Assembly: GCA_002730315.1 (NCBI GenBank)
Contig: PBZW01000065.1
Coordinates: 30-64,029 of the forward strand
Reading direction: 5' to 3'
From: Fidelibacterota bacterium
Lineage (GTDB): Bacteria; Fidelibacterota; Marinisomatia; Marinisomatales; TCS55
DNA length: 64,000 nucleotides
Each line of letters starts with the position of its first letter. The stretch's first letter is position 1. Under the pieces are notes generated by a model, which saw only the letters and a program-made list of their open reading frames with translations, did no database searches and had not been told where the DNA came from. Both the position numbers and the translations under genes were made by a program. This document shows positions 10,155-20,489 of the stretch, piece after piece.

Positions 10155-10891
10155 GATGACTTTAAATTTACGATCTGATTACGAAGAATTTCAGTAACTC
10201 TATTGCGGTCATCATACATATAAGACGATGTATCCAGCGGCTGGCCAATGTATAAGTGAATGGGCTTTGGTTCAATATTTAATAAACCCTTTTTAACAAT
10301 ATCAAATGTGCCGCATACTGCCATGGGTGCTAAAGGCAGCCCTGTTTGAATGGCCAAAATAGCTCCCCCTTTTTTAAACGGCTTCATCTGACCGTCAATT
10401 GAGCGTGTCCCCTCTGGAAATATCATAATGGAGCGGGGATATTTTTGCAGTGATGCCTTGGCGACTTCCATAGATGCCAGCGCAGCTTTATGGTTGCTGC
10501 GATCCACAAAAATATGTTTTCCAAAAACCATGGCCCACCCCAAAAAAGGTATTTTTTTCAATTCAGTTTTGGACATAAAAACCAATTTGTAAGGTAAAGC
10601 AGCGTACACCAGTAATATATCAAAAGCTGATTCGTGGTTGGCAATAAAAACGTATTGCTGGTCAGGATCCAGGTGTTCCAGGCCATGAACAGAATATTGA
10701 ATACCGCTTATGAATAAGAGAATTTTGGACCATTGTTGTCCCGCCAAGGCAACAGGTCTGCCACTCCAATCAAAAATGGAGAAAACGATGCCGATGGTAG
10801 CCCAAATAGAGGTCCAAATAATAATATTGAAAAAGATCCAAATATATCGGATCAGCTTAGAACCTCCGTACCCACATAGGGCTGCAAACAT
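10118..10891 (-). CDS. plsC: 1-acyl-sn-glycerol-3-phosphate acyltransferase
   Basis: NHESAFD, FVDR, IFPEGTRS and PFKKG motifs. The true start may be near 10855, overlapping the serS stop. Confidence 0.9.
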   Translation of the reverse strand: MFAALCGYGGSKLIRYIWIFFNIIIWTSIWATIGIVFSIFDWSGRPVALAGQQWSKILLFISGIQYSVHGLEHLDPDQQYVFIANHESAFDILLVYAALPYKLVFMSKTELKKIPFLGWAMVFGKHIFVDRSNHKAALASMEVAKASLQKYPRSIMIFPEGTRSIDGQMKPFKKGGAILAIQTGLPLAPMAVCGTFDIVKKGLLNIEPKPIHLYIGQPLDTSSYMYDDRNRVTEILRNQIVNLKSSWAAQKSPIANT

Positions 10892-12120
10892 TTGGGAATG
10901 ATCACCTTGCCATCGGGGGTTTGGTATGATTCAAGGAGGGCGATCATCAACCGTGGTGTGGCCACACCTGAACCATTGAGTGTATGGACATAATCCGTTT
11001 TATTATCACTGGTACGGCGGTAACGAATATTACCCCGGCGGGCCTGGAAATCTTCAAAATTGCTGCAAGAGGATACTTCCAGCCATTGCTGCTCAGCCGG
11101 GGACCAGACTTCAATATCATAACATTTGGCCGCAGAGAAACTCAGGTCACCAGTGCAGAGTTCCAGCACCCGGTAATGCAAGCCCAAAGCTTGTAAGATC
11201 GCTTCTGCGTTAGCAAGTAGATCTTCCAATTCATCATATGAAGATTCAGGAGTGACAAATTTGACCATTTCCACTTTATTAAACTGATGAACACGCAGCA
11301 AGCCCCTGGTTTCTTTTCCATAGGAACCAGCTTCACGGCGAAAGCATGCTGAATAAGCAGTATAATTGATGGGCAAAACTTCTTCGTCCAAAATTTCGTC
11401 AGCATGAATATTGGTTACGGGTACTTCCGCTGTGGGAATCAAATAAAGCTGGTCCTTTTCTGTATGGTACATATCATCTGCAAATTTGGGTAACTGACCG
11501 CATGTAAATGGTGACTCACCTCTGGTTAGAAATGGTGGAAAAATTTCTGTATAGCCGTGTTCATTGATATGGACATCCAGCATATAATTGATCAATGCCC
11601 TTTCCAGTTTTGCACCCATTCCCGTATATAATGGAAATGCAGACCCGGAAATTTTTGCGGCACGTTCAAAATCCAGCAGGTTGAGGTTCGTTCCCAATTC
11701 CATATGGTCTTTAATATCATAATCAAAAACAGGTTTATCTCCCCATTCTTTTACAACAACGTTATCTTTTTCATGGGTTCCAATAGGGACAGAAGTATGA
11801 GGGATATTGGGTATAATCTCTAAAGCAGATTGGATTTCTTTATCAATACCAGCGCTTTTTTCTTCCAGCGCTTTAATTTTATCTCCAACATCACGCATGG
11901 CAGCAATCGCCTCTTTGTCATCGCCACCAGACCGTTTTGTAGCAGCTATTTTTTCAGAGACGCGGTTGCGTTCGGCCCTGAGGTCATTCACTTCTGTTTG
12001 AATAGCCCGATGCTGCCGGTCCAGTTCCAACAGGTTTTTCAAATTGATCTGTTCGCCTTTGGCAGCTATTGCCTGCTGGACAGCATCAGGATTTTCACGA
12101 ATTCGGGAAATGGATAACAT
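10852..12120 (-). CDS. serS: Serine--tRNA ligase
   Basis: N-terminal coiled coil, LIPTAEVP, FRREAGSYG, RVHQFNKVE, EVSSCSN and HTLNGSG motifs. Confidence 0.98.
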   Translation of the reverse strand: MLSISRIRENPDAVQQAIAAKGEQINLKNLLELDRQHRAIQTEVNDLRAERNRVSEKIAATKRSGGDDKEAIAAMRDVGDKIKALEEKSAGIDKEIQSALEIIPNIPHTSVPIGTHEKDNVVVKEWGDKPVFDYDIKDHMELGTNLNLLDFERAAKISGSAFPLYTGMGAKLERALINYMLDVHINEHGYTEIFPPFLTRGESPFTCGQLPKFADDMYHTEKDQLYLIPTAEVPVTNIHADEILDEEVLPINYTAYSACFRREAGSYGKETRGLLRVHQFNKVEMVKFVTPESSYDELEDLLANAEAILQALGLHYRVLELCTGDLSFSAAKCYDIEVWSPAEQQWLEVSSCSNFEDFQARRGNIRYRRTSDNKTDYVHTLNGSGVATPRLMIALLESYQTPDGKVIIPKCLQPYVGTEVLS

Positions 12121-12183
12121 GTGCTTAATTCAATTATTTAAGCACAAAAATTAGAGCACTTAAGAGGGAATTACAACCGTAGA

Positions 12184-13599
12184 CTAGCGGCCTTTTCCCG
12201 ACAGCATCACCCACACGGTACTTAACATGATCTTAAAATCAAGGGGAAAACTCAGGTTTTCTATATAATAAAAATCGTATTTCAATTTTTTGCGCACATC
12301 TTCAATATCCTGGTCATAGGGATGTTTGATCTGGGCCCAGCCGGTAATTCCGGGTCGTATTTTATGCCGGCGGTAATAAAAGGGGTATTCCTGGGCCAGT
12401 TTATCCACGAAGTAAGGACGCTCAGGCCTGGGACCAATCATGCTCATGTGACCTTGGATCACCATCAGCAATTGCGGTAATTCATCCAGCCTAAATCGCC
12501 GTAAAATCCTTCCAACCCGTGTTATGCGTGGATCTTCTTCCGTGGCCCACACAGGCCCGGTCATTTGTTCCGCATTTTCCACCATGGTCCTGAATTTGTA
12601 AATGAAAAAATGCTTGTGATTTTTTCCTACTCGGTCCTGCTTATATAAAACCGGTCCCCTGCTATTCAGTTTAATACTCGTCGCTATGATGAGCAATAGC
12701 GGTGATGTTACAACCAACAATGGTATAGCCAAAATTAGATCAATGAACCGCTTGATAATCGTATTATAAACAGTATCCAGGTTGGGGTTAACCTTTATTA
12801 AAGGTACACCATAAATCTGCTCCGTCCGAGCCAGCCCGCTGATTACTTCATGCAGGTCAGGAACAATTTTGATGGAAACCGGTGAACCGTTAGCCTGGGT
12901 GATGATGCGGGTAACGTGGGTATGTTCTAATTTGACTGGGGCGACAATAACCTCCGAAACCTGGTTATCCAAAATAATTTGTTTAAGGTCCTGCTCGTGA
13001 CCAATAATATTATAGTTTTCATCACCGTTCAACTTGGGATCATCATCTGAATGCACAAAACCCAGCAGATCAAACCCCTGGTGGTCATGAGTTACAATAT
13101 CATTGGCGACTTGAAAACCACGGTCATTGATGCCTACAATAATTGTTTTCCTTAAACCGAATCCCTTCGTCAAAAGGTATTTCTGCAACGTGCGGAAAAT
13201 CCACCTGGAAATTAATAGGCCAAAAGATAGTGCTAACCAATAACGCAAAATATCCTGAGCTGAAAACAACCATGAACCTGGAATTAAAGCATCAATAAAA
13301 ACGGCCAATAATGCTATTATGAATGTGGTTCGAACCATTTGCTGGATTTCATAAAAACGAGATACCGTCGGCTCACTCCTGTATAAGTTCATGGGCAGAA
13401 AAATCACACCCAAAACCGTTTGCATGACAGCAAAAATGAAAAATAAATCGAGGTATGCAAGCCCTGTGTGTTCAAGAAAAATGGGTACCATTACCCATAC
13501 GAATGCCACGGCAGAAAATAAAGCGTCGGAGAAATAAATTCCCCAGGCTATTATCCACCTAGGATAGCGAATGCGTAAGCGTTGGAGAGTTTCCAGCAT
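12184..13599 (-). CDS. Priming polyprenyl-phosphate sugar phosphotransferase (WcaJ/WbaP family)
   Basis: N-terminal TM helices, a Rossmann-like middle domain, and KFRTM, LDELPQ, MSMIGPRPE and PGITGWAQ motifs. Confidence 0.93.
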   Translation of the reverse strand: MLETLQRLRIRYPRWIIAWGIYFSDALFSAVAFVWVMVPIFLEHTGLAYLDLFFIFAVMQTVLGVIFLPMNLYRSEPTVSRFYEIQQMVRTTFIIALLAVFIDALIPGSWLFSAQDILRYWLALSFGLLISRWIFRTLQKYLLTKGFGLRKTIIVGINDRGFQVANDIVTHDHQGFDLLGFVHSDDDPKLNGDENYNIIGHEQDLKQIILDNQVSEVIVAPVKLEHTHVTRIITQANGSPVSIKIVPDLHEVISGLARTEQIYGVPLIKVNPNLDTVYNTIIKRFIDLILAIPLLVVTSPLLLIIATSIKLNSRGPVLYKQDRVGKNHKHFFIYKFRTMVENAEQMTGPVWATEEDPRITRVGRILRRFRLDELPQLLMVIQGHMSMIGPRPERPYFVDKLAQEYPFYYRRHKIRPGITGWAQIKHPYDQDIEDVRKKLKYDFYYIENLSFPLDFKIMLSTVWVMLSGKGR

Positions 13600-13656
13600 G
13601 ATAAAGAAATATTATTTGAATTATGTATTTCAGTTAAATGTGCTGGATCACACCAG

Positions 13657-13745
13657 AAAAAGGAGTATCGCTGTACAGTTATGCATGTTGAGTTCCGTTT
13701 TTTGTTTCAACTAACTGTTAGCGATTTAGGGCGATAAGACTCCTT
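13657..13745 (-). ncRNA. Putative structured leader RNA (long nested hairpin followed by a U-tract) upstream of the priming glycosyltransferase
   Basis: Nested pairings AAGGAGT/ACTCCTT, ATCGCT/AGCGAT, ACAGTTA/TAACTGT and GTTGA/TCAAC, followed by a U-run on the minus strand. Confidence 0.45.
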
Positions 13746-13756
13746 GAAGTTGGTTG

Positions 13757-13812
13757 AAAATAAGGTCTAATTATAACAATTGTCAAGTAGTTGATAGTTG
13801 ACATAATTATAG
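13757..13812. promoter_or_regulatory. Back-to-back sigma70-type -35 hexamers for divergent promoters
   Basis: TGTCAA at 13781-13786 (TTGACA on minus, TATTTT 18 nt downstream) and TTGACA at 13798-13803, between divergent genes. Confidence 0.5.
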
Positions 13813-13847
13813 AAACCAATCTTTTAATGGGCGTAGACTCATAATAG

Positions 13848-15464
13848 ATGCTTAAACATACTCAACTGGTTTTTATTCGTGCTGCCATGATTTTAATATT
13901 CAGCAGCATTATGCCGGGGCAGACAGTACCGGTACCCATGGATCATCCAGTAAATGATTTTATTTTACGGTTATATACACAACAGAAATTACATGGGTTG
14001 CACCCCGGCTCTCGTCCATTTACAGTTGGTCAGGTTATAAATGCCCTTAATGAAATATCAACCAGTGACCATACAATAACAAATCAAGAAATTATTCTTT
14101 TGGAACGCTTTAAAAAAGAATTTGGTGTTGATGAAATTGAACAGGGAATCCGAGGACCCTGGCAATCAGGAAACCTGTCTTCTTCTTTACAGAATATTAT
14201 CAATGTTTACGATGTCGATTATCCAGAAAGCAGGTTCGTTTCGTATCATGATGATCAATTATTGTTGTGGTCCGACTGGGAAGAGCATTTTAGTATAGAT
14301 ATTCAAGATACTATAACCAGGTCATTTTTTACAGACCGCGTAACTATTGCTGGTGTATTTGATAATAACCTTTCGTTTTACAGTCGTTATACACTACATA
14401 GGGTAGGTCATAATGAAAATTATCCTTACCCCGATGAATACAAACAGGGTTATGCTCTAATTGATACAAATACTAATTGGCTCGTTTGGGACGTTTCTGA
14501 AGCAGTACTACATTGGGAGAATTCAGTGATAAATGTTGAATTGAGTAAAATTCCCATTTATTGGGGATTCAGCAAACAGCATTCACCAATTTTATCCGCC
14601 AATGTCCAACCATTTACTTTTTTCAAAGCATCAAAAACCTACAAGCGTATTCGTACCCAGAGTGTGTTGGGATCTCTTGTTCCTTTTGGAGAAAAACCTA
14701 AAGGAAACGTAGATATAAAATATATTGCTGCCCATCGATTTGAATTTGATCTATCGTCAAAGTTAACAGTTTCTTTTAATGAAATGATCATTTATGCCAA
14801 TCGTGAACTTGAATTGGGTTATTTATTGCCTATTAATCTTTTCTGGTCTGAAGAACATGGTTTAGGAAATAGAGATAACGTACTCATGTCTTTTGATGCT
14901 TTATGGAATGTAAATCCTGGTATGACTTTTTATGGAACTTTTTTCTGGGATGAATTGTCCTGGTTCAAGCTGTTCAAACCATGGTGGGGAAATAAATTCA
15001 TTTCTCAAATTGGTTTATACTGGGTCCCATTTGGAGATACAAGATTGCCTGATTTTAGGATAGAATTTACCGCCAGCCGACCTTGGGTCTATACACATCA
15101 GGATACACTGCTAACGTATACATCAGCTGAAAACGGGTTGGGGTTTCCCTTAGGTCCTAATTCCCAATTGATTAATTTGGAAATAAATTCGTGGCCGACG
15201 TTTAAAACTCACCTATCTGTGAATATAGCATACGTGAAAAAAGGAACTGGGCTTGGATCAAATCCAAATCATAGCTATAGTTTAAGAAATGAAGATTTGG
15301 ACAATGATACACCTATGTTAATGGGAAACGTTAAAGAAAATTTGATTTATGGTATGAATTTTCATCACAGACTTACAAAACTGTTAAGCATTACTGGAAA
15401 TTGTTCTTTTAACAATGATGAGAAAATATTTGAAGGACGATTAGGTTTATTGATGAATTATTAG
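13848..15464 (+). CDS. Capsule assembly Wzi-family outer membrane protein
   Basis: Signal peptide; RPFT, WG...SPILSAN, AAHRFE, P.NLFW..EH...RDN and GFPLGPNS motifs; beta-barrel character; located in the polysaccharide locus. Confidence 0.7.
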   Translation: MLKHTQLVFIRAAMILIFSSIMPGQTVPVPMDHPVNDFILRLYTQQKLHGLHPGSRPFTVGQVINALNEISTSDHTITNQEIILLERFKKEFGVDEIEQGIRGPWQSGNLSSSLQNIINVYDVDYPESRFVSYHDDQLLLWSDWEEHFSIDIQDTITRSFFTDRVTIAGVFDNNLSFYSRYTLHRVGHNENYPYPDEYKQGYALIDTNTNWLVWDVSEAVLHWENSVINVELSKIPIYWGFSKQHSPILSANVQPFTFFKASKTYKRIRTQSVLGSLVPFGEKPKGNVDIKYIAAHRFEFDLSSKLTVSFNEMIIYANRELELGYLLPINLFWSEEHGLGNRDNVLMSFDALWNVNPGMTFYGTFFWDELSWFKLFKPWWGNKFISQIGLYWVPFGDTRLPDFRIEFTASRPWVYTHQDTLLTYTSAENGLGFPLGPNSQLINLEINSWPTFKTHLSVNIAYVKKGTGLGSNPNHSYSLRNEDLDNDTPMLMGNVKENLIYGMNFHHRLTKLLSITGNCSFNNDEKIFEGRLGLLMNY

Positions 15465-16528
15465 CGGACAACAGTCCAAGTCGTTTGTCTTTTACCTAAT
15501 ATCCAATCGATGATAGCCAATGCAGAGGCAAAAATTACTTTAATGATGTACCGCACTCCGGAAAGAAAAATTCCAGATGCACAAAACATAACCTGAAGAA
15601 TCAAAATCATCCTAAAAATGTTGGAATCTTTAGCTAGGTAAATAGAAGAAAAAAAACATAAAAACAATAATAATGGTGAAAACCAGCGAATAAGTTTGTG
15701 GGAAACATAGGGTATAAAAACGGACCTTTTATTGAAAGGATTTAAAAGTGATATAACATACTTCATGGTTACTAAGCTTCTAAGAATAATTCGTCTTTTC
15801 CTCTTTAACACGTCATTGGGAGCATCTTCCATTGCAATAGCTTCTGGTTCATACACAACATCTAATCCATTACCATATACTTTTATCGGCTCTAATTGAT
15901 CGCTGATAGAATCTTCAGGTAAGGGAACAAAAGCATTTTTTCTTACAGCATAAATGCTGCCATTAGCTCCTAGCAACCAACCATTTTTACTCTCTGCTTT
16001 TTTGATCGCAACTTCATATTTCCAATAAGAATTTTCTTCGGATTTTTTGTTATTATACTGCAATTCCCCGCAGACAACACCCACTCTCTCATCAGCAAAA
16101 TTTCTCACTAATTTTTTGAGTGCATCCTTTTTATAAATATTATTTGCATCACTAAATACTAATATTTCATTTCGGGCAATTTTTACTGCTTCATTCTGAG
16201 CACTGGTTTTACCGCCTCTGGATAGCTTCAGTATTTCAACAAAATCAAATCCATTAGCTATTTCTAATGTTTTATCCGTTGAACCATCATCAGCCAAGAT
16301 GACTTGTAACTTTTCAAGTGGATAATCGAGGGTAAATGTATTTTTTAATTTTGCAGCAACACATTTTTCTTCATTGTATGCACAAATTATCAGAGATATG
16401 TTCGGCAAATACCGCTCATTTTTCTCATAATTATTTTGTTTTAATACCTTTAAAATGAAATAATAAATTGCTACAGTGTAGATTATCAGTCCCCCGCTAA
16501 TCCAAAAAATAAATAGTAAAAAGTTCAT
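15461..16528 (-). CDS. Glycosyltransferase family 2
   Basis: AYNEE, DDGSTD, GKTSAQN, FSDAN and GANGSIYAVR motifs. Confidence 0.92.
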   Translation of the reverse strand: MNFLLFIFWISGGLIIYTVAIYYFILKVLKQNNYEKNERYLPNISLIICAYNEEKCVAAKLKNTFTLDYPLEKLQVILADDGSTDKTLEIANGFDFVEILKLSRGGKTSAQNEAVKIARNEILVFSDANNIYKKDALKKLVRNFADERVGVVCGELQYNNKKSEENSYWKYEVAIKKAESKNGWLLGANGSIYAVRKNAFVPLPEDSISDQLEPIKVYGNGLDVVYEPEAIAMEDAPNDVLKRKRRIILRSLVTMKYVISLLNPFNKRSVFIPYVSHKLIRWFSPLLLFLCFFSSIYLAKDSNIFRMILILQVMFCASGIFLSGVRYIIKVIFASALAIIDWILGKRQTTWTVVR

Positions 16529-16530
16529 AT

Positions 16531-17661
16531 TTAAATTGAGTTAATTACAGTGATTAACTTTTCTGCTTGTGTGTCCCAGTTATATTTTTCTTCAACAGCT
16601 TTCCTTCCATTTTTTCCCATTTGCTTTGCAATTGTAGGATTATTAATTAAATATTCAATTGCGTTTGCAGATTCCATTACATTATCTGGATCAACACAAA
16701 TACCACATTCTGTATCGTGAATTAACTTTTCCCATTCATTGTATTTAGAAATCACCATAGGAATTTCATTTTGCATATATTCAAAAAATTTTGTAAGCAA
16801 CTTTTTCTCATAATGTGCTTTTGACGATATCAATGCCAAACCAATGTTTGCATCTGAATAATGTTTTTTTATAATTGAATAATCAATATATTTTTGTTTG
16901 CCTATCGTAGCAATGTTGTTAGAAAGTTCAGCATCTTTTTCTATCAAAGAAATGATATCTTCATCTTTCAAAAGACCTACTAAATATAATTTTACATTGT
17001 ATCCTTTTTCGATTAAAACAGAGAGGCACTTTATCATATTGATTGCACCACGATCGACAGTTACATTACCGGTATAGATTATTTTTACATAATTATTGTT
17101 CCTATCGATTGATTTTATTTCATTTAGTCTTGGATAGTTTAAAATATCTATTGACTTGTCAATGATTTTTTGCGGAAATGAATTTTTGTAATAGTTCTCA
17201 GCAAAAATAATTAAATCAAAGGAATTACAAATAAGCTTTTCAATAAAAGAAAAAATAATTGCGACGATAGTTCTGATAAGTTTTGTTGGAATCCATTTTT
17301 TTAATAGAATTTGAGTATAATAATCTTCATGAATATCATAAATCACTATTTTTCTTTTGAATATTTTTACATACAAACCCAAAAAAATTAGTTCAGGGTC
17401 ATGGAAATGAAACATATCTGCAGTGGATCTACGAATCCTTTTTAAAAGCTCTTTTCTTATTTTCTTCCTGTCTGCTACTTTATGCCATGAAGGAAGTCCA
17501 AATATTTTCACACCTTTCTCTTCTTTAAAATCAAATTCTGCTGGTGCGTGTAATTCTACATCATATTTTTTTGCTAATGATACAGCTTCTTTATAAAAAA
17601 TCCGTGGATCATTCCAGTGATGGACACTTGTTCCTATAAATATATTTCTTTTATCAGGCAT
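16531..17661 (-). CDS. Glycosyltransferase family 4
   Basis: DPRIF, HFHDPE, YDIHE, KFFEYM and YNWD motifs. Confidence 0.9.
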   Translation of the reverse strand: MPDKRNIFIGTSVHHWNDPRIFYKEAVSLAKKYDVELHAPAEFDFKEEKGVKIFGLPSWHKVADRKKIRKELLKRIRRSTADMFHFHDPELIFLGLYVKIFKRKIVIYDIHEDYYTQILLKKWIPTKLIRTIVAIIFSFIEKLICNSFDLIIFAENYYKNSFPQKIIDKSIDILNYPRLNEIKSIDRNNNYVKIIYTGNVTVDRGAINMIKCLSVLIEKGYNVKLYLVGLLKDEDIISLIEKDAELSNNIATIGKQKYIDYSIIKKHYSDANIGLALISSKAHYEKKLLTKFFEYMQNEIPMVISKYNEWEKLIHDTECGICVDPDNVMESANAIEYLINNPTIAKQMGKNGRKAVEEKYNWDTQAEKLITVINSI

Positions 17662-19087
17662 ATAATAATGATTTCAATTCAGCAAGCCACCCAGAATTGA
17701 CATTCCTATATATGATTATACCGACGTATAGGTATATAATACTGGTTAGCACAAATTGTACCTGTTCGGTCATTGTTGTTAAGGCGATAATATAATGTAT
17801 TAAAATCATACCAGTGCTGACACCAGCTATATCACGCAACAATTTTAGATCCCATATGCGGTGCTGATACAATTTTTGAACAAAATAAGCACTGGTCAAT
17901 CCTGTAACGAGATGACTAACGAGAAAACTAAATAAGGCAATCGAGAGAAGATTGTATTGTAAATATTGACCAAAGAGGTAAGTGATTACCATTGTCACCG
18001 CACCTAAACCATAGACCAGAGAATTATATCCCTTTTCCGACACAGCATCTATTGGGCTGCGGGTCAGACCGGCAAACGTATAAAAAGGTAAGGCCAGAAT
18101 TGAAAAACGCAAAATCAAAACTCCCACATTACTAACCTCACCCAACCAGAACTCTAAAATAAGCGGAGCAAATAAAAAGATATATATTGTTCCAAGCAGA
18201 CTAAAAACAATTCCGGCTTTTAGCATAATTTTTAATAGACTCTGCACTTCACCCATGGATCCACCAGAGATCATGTTAGCTATACGTGGTAACAAAACCA
18301 TACCCAGCGGATTAATTATTAACAATGCCAACCGCACCAAACTCAAGCTGGAATTAAAATAAGCAACACTTTCAAAATTAACCGTTTGCGCTAGCATGAT
18401 TGGTATGCCCGCCAATAAAATAAATTGCGATATAAAACTGGGGATACGTTTTAAACCATATTGAAGAAGTTCCTTTGATTGTCGGGTATTCACATCCTGT
18501 AAACTGACTCCCTTGTTACGTGAAACAAAGGACATGAACATAATAATTACAATACTTCCCCCGATCCAAAACAGTCCGTCATAAAGCGTGTCAACCAAAT
18601 AAAAAACAATAATGGGTATGATAGCAGTTCCCAGTAATTGAAACACATTCGCACCCAACATATTCATATAACCCCGGTAAAGCGCATAGGTCATGAATTG
18701 GGTACACATGCTGAAGGCAAAAAGCACATACAACCAAAAATAATCCTGATTAAAGCCGGTAATATCGAATAAAAATAATCCGCCTATAAATATGATTGTT
18801 AAGGGAATTGATACAACTATAAACAAGACAAACGCATTATTTGTATAGGCTCGTTCAAAATTCCTGCTTAAATAGTTTGGCAGCCCAATATTCATCCCAA
18901 TCAGCAATATGCTTACTCCAGCCGAAAGGGTTCTTTTTATAAGTAAAAATTCACCTAAAACATCTAAACCGTAGAGGCGGGCAATCAAGCCATTGAGAAC
19001 AAATACGCCACCAATGACCACCAAACCATTGAGCAGGGTGACAAGCACATCTGCCTTGAATGATAAATGCTTATTCAACCAATTCAT
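17654..19087 (-). CDS. wzx: Polysaccharide flippase (Wzx-like, MOP superfamily)
   Basis: About 14 hydrophobic segments, a VLLPR motif, and locus context. Confidence 0.75.
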   Translation of the reverse strand: MNWLNKHLSFKADVLVTLLNGLVVIGGVFVLNGLIARLYGLDVLGEFLLIKRTLSAGVSILLIGMNIGLPNYLSRNFERAYTNNAFVLFIVVSIPLTIIFIGGLFLFDITGFNQDYFWLYVLFAFSMCTQFMTYALYRGYMNMLGANVFQLLGTAIIPIIVFYLVDTLYDGLFWIGGSIVIIMFMSFVSRNKGVSLQDVNTRQSKELLQYGLKRIPSFISQFILLAGIPIMLAQTVNFESVAYFNSSLSLVRLALLIINPLGMVLLPRIANMISGGSMGEVQSLLKIMLKAGIVFSLLGTIYIFLFAPLILEFWLGEVSNVGVLILRFSILALPFYTFAGLTRSPIDAVSEKGYNSLVYGLGAVTMVITYLFGQYLQYNLLSIALFSFLVSHLVTGLTSAYFVQKLYQHRIWDLKLLRDIAGVSTGMILIHYIIALTTMTEQVQFVLTSIIYLYVGIIIYRNVNSGWLAELKSLLYA

Positions 19088-20484
19088 TCGATAACATTAA
19101 CCATCTTAACACTATTGTTTTGTACAATTCTTAATCTTTCCAAGCTATCAACATGAGTTGATGCAATTGTGATCCCTATTAACATCCACAAAACACGATT
19201 ATCATTGAAATCGCCTGAGAATTGGGCAGCAAAGAACATCACTATAGTACCTGAAACCCATAATGCAGTATGATCAGTAAATGACCCTAGATGTAGTCCT
19301 GCTTTAATTTTTTCAAATGATTTTTTAATAAATGCTGATCCGATTAAAAGCCCAATGCAACCTAGTTCGGCCATAGTTTCAAAGAAAAGATTGTGCGGAT
19401 ACCAATGCCAATCTCGCCAGATGAATAATGAACTAAAACCTCCTGCGCCAAGTCCAAAAACAAAATTATAGATCGAAGAAAACCAAGTTTGGATCGACAT
19501 TGACCAAAATTCAAAACGGGTCATTATTGTACTTACTCTTCTTATTCCCTGTTGAGTTAATACAACGGATCCTTGTGCAATATTGAGAAAACGTTCTGTA
19601 AGATCTTCAGGCAAGAGGAGTAATAAAATAGTCACAAGTGTTATTGCCAAAAAACCAAAACCAACTATTCTTTTTATATGATCTTTTTCAAATAATAAAG
19701 CATAAACTAATATTCCAAACACAACACTTACTAATGGTCCTCTAGAGCCAGATAAAATGATACTTAATAAAATTGCTGATAGCATAACTAAATGATGCAA
19801 ACTTTGACCTTGACGATTTCTGATCAGGATTGTTATCATCATTCCTGCGCCAATCGCTAAATATCGACTTACCTGAATTGGATTTGCACCAGGGATGGAA
19901 ATGCGATTCCAAAATGCTAAAACTACAGCAAAATCTCCCTTGGTCAGAAAGTATACAAATTGAAATAACATTATTCCTATGATCACCACAAGTAATGATT
20001 TAAACATTGTTAACAATCGTTTAGAATCTGCAGAAGATTTAATAACGATTATTGGAGTAATAAACATTGTAAAAGCAAAGGTATTAAAACGGATTATCTT
20101 TCTCAAACCATAAACGGGAGAAGGAGAATAAAACAGAGAAACAATTAATAATAAGCCAAAAACTAAAAACAAAAAAACAGGAGTTTTTATTTCATCAGGT
20201 ATTTCCCATTTACCCTCGAGAGCCATCTTAATTAGACCTAACCAAATGATTATGGTTGTTACTAGAGTTATATCAATTATTTCAAAAATAGGTACATATG
20301 TAATCAAATAACCTTTTATGATTGCCGTTAAGCTCATGATCATTAATGCTATTGCTGGATTTTTTATCAACCACCATAGCATTATTGATCCCAGCGGAAT
20401 TAATATCATTAGTGCTGGGTGAATTAGGATGCCAATAATAAAAATGACTAGTTCAAAAACAACAAGAACTGACAAAGATATCAT
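19084..20484 (-). CDS. O-antigen polymerase/ligase (Wzy/WaaL family)
   Basis: Multi-TM protein with SGSRG, FGLGAGGF and YPHNLFFE motifs. Confidence 0.85.
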   Translation of the reverse strand: MISLSVLVVFELVIFIIGILIHPALMILIPLGSIMLWWLIKNPAIALMIMSLTAIIKGYLITYVPIFEIIDITLVTTIIIWLGLIKMALEGKWEIPDEIKTPVFLFLVFGLLLIVSLFYSPSPVYGLRKIIRFNTFAFTMFITPIIVIKSSADSKRLLTMFKSLLVVIIGIMLFQFVYFLTKGDFAVVLAFWNRISIPGANPIQVSRYLAIGAGMMITILIRNRQGQSLHHLVMLSAILLSIILSGSRGPLVSVVFGILVYALLFEKDHIKRIVGFGFLAITLVTILLLLLPEDLTERFLNIAQGSVVLTQQGIRRVSTIMTRFEFWSMSIQTWFSSIYNFVFGLGAGGFSSLFIWRDWHWYPHNLFFETMAELGCIGLLIGSAFIKKSFEKIKAGLHLGSFTDHTALWVSGTIVMFFAAQFSGDFNDNRVLWMLIGITIASTHVDSLERLRIVQNNSVKMVNVIE

Positions 20485-20489
20485 ACTGA

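Noticed and set aside
13660-13745. 6S RNA, SRP RNA or type I toxin mRNA for the long hairpin
   Set aside because: Too short for 6S and lacks the SRP domain IV motif. The plus-strand 18-codon ORF at 13681 is about 15 nt from AAGGAG and is not strongly hydrophobic.
13826-13842. ops/JUMPStart element (GGGCGTAG) before wzi
   Set aside because: Only a partial match to GGCGGTAG, with no supporting context.
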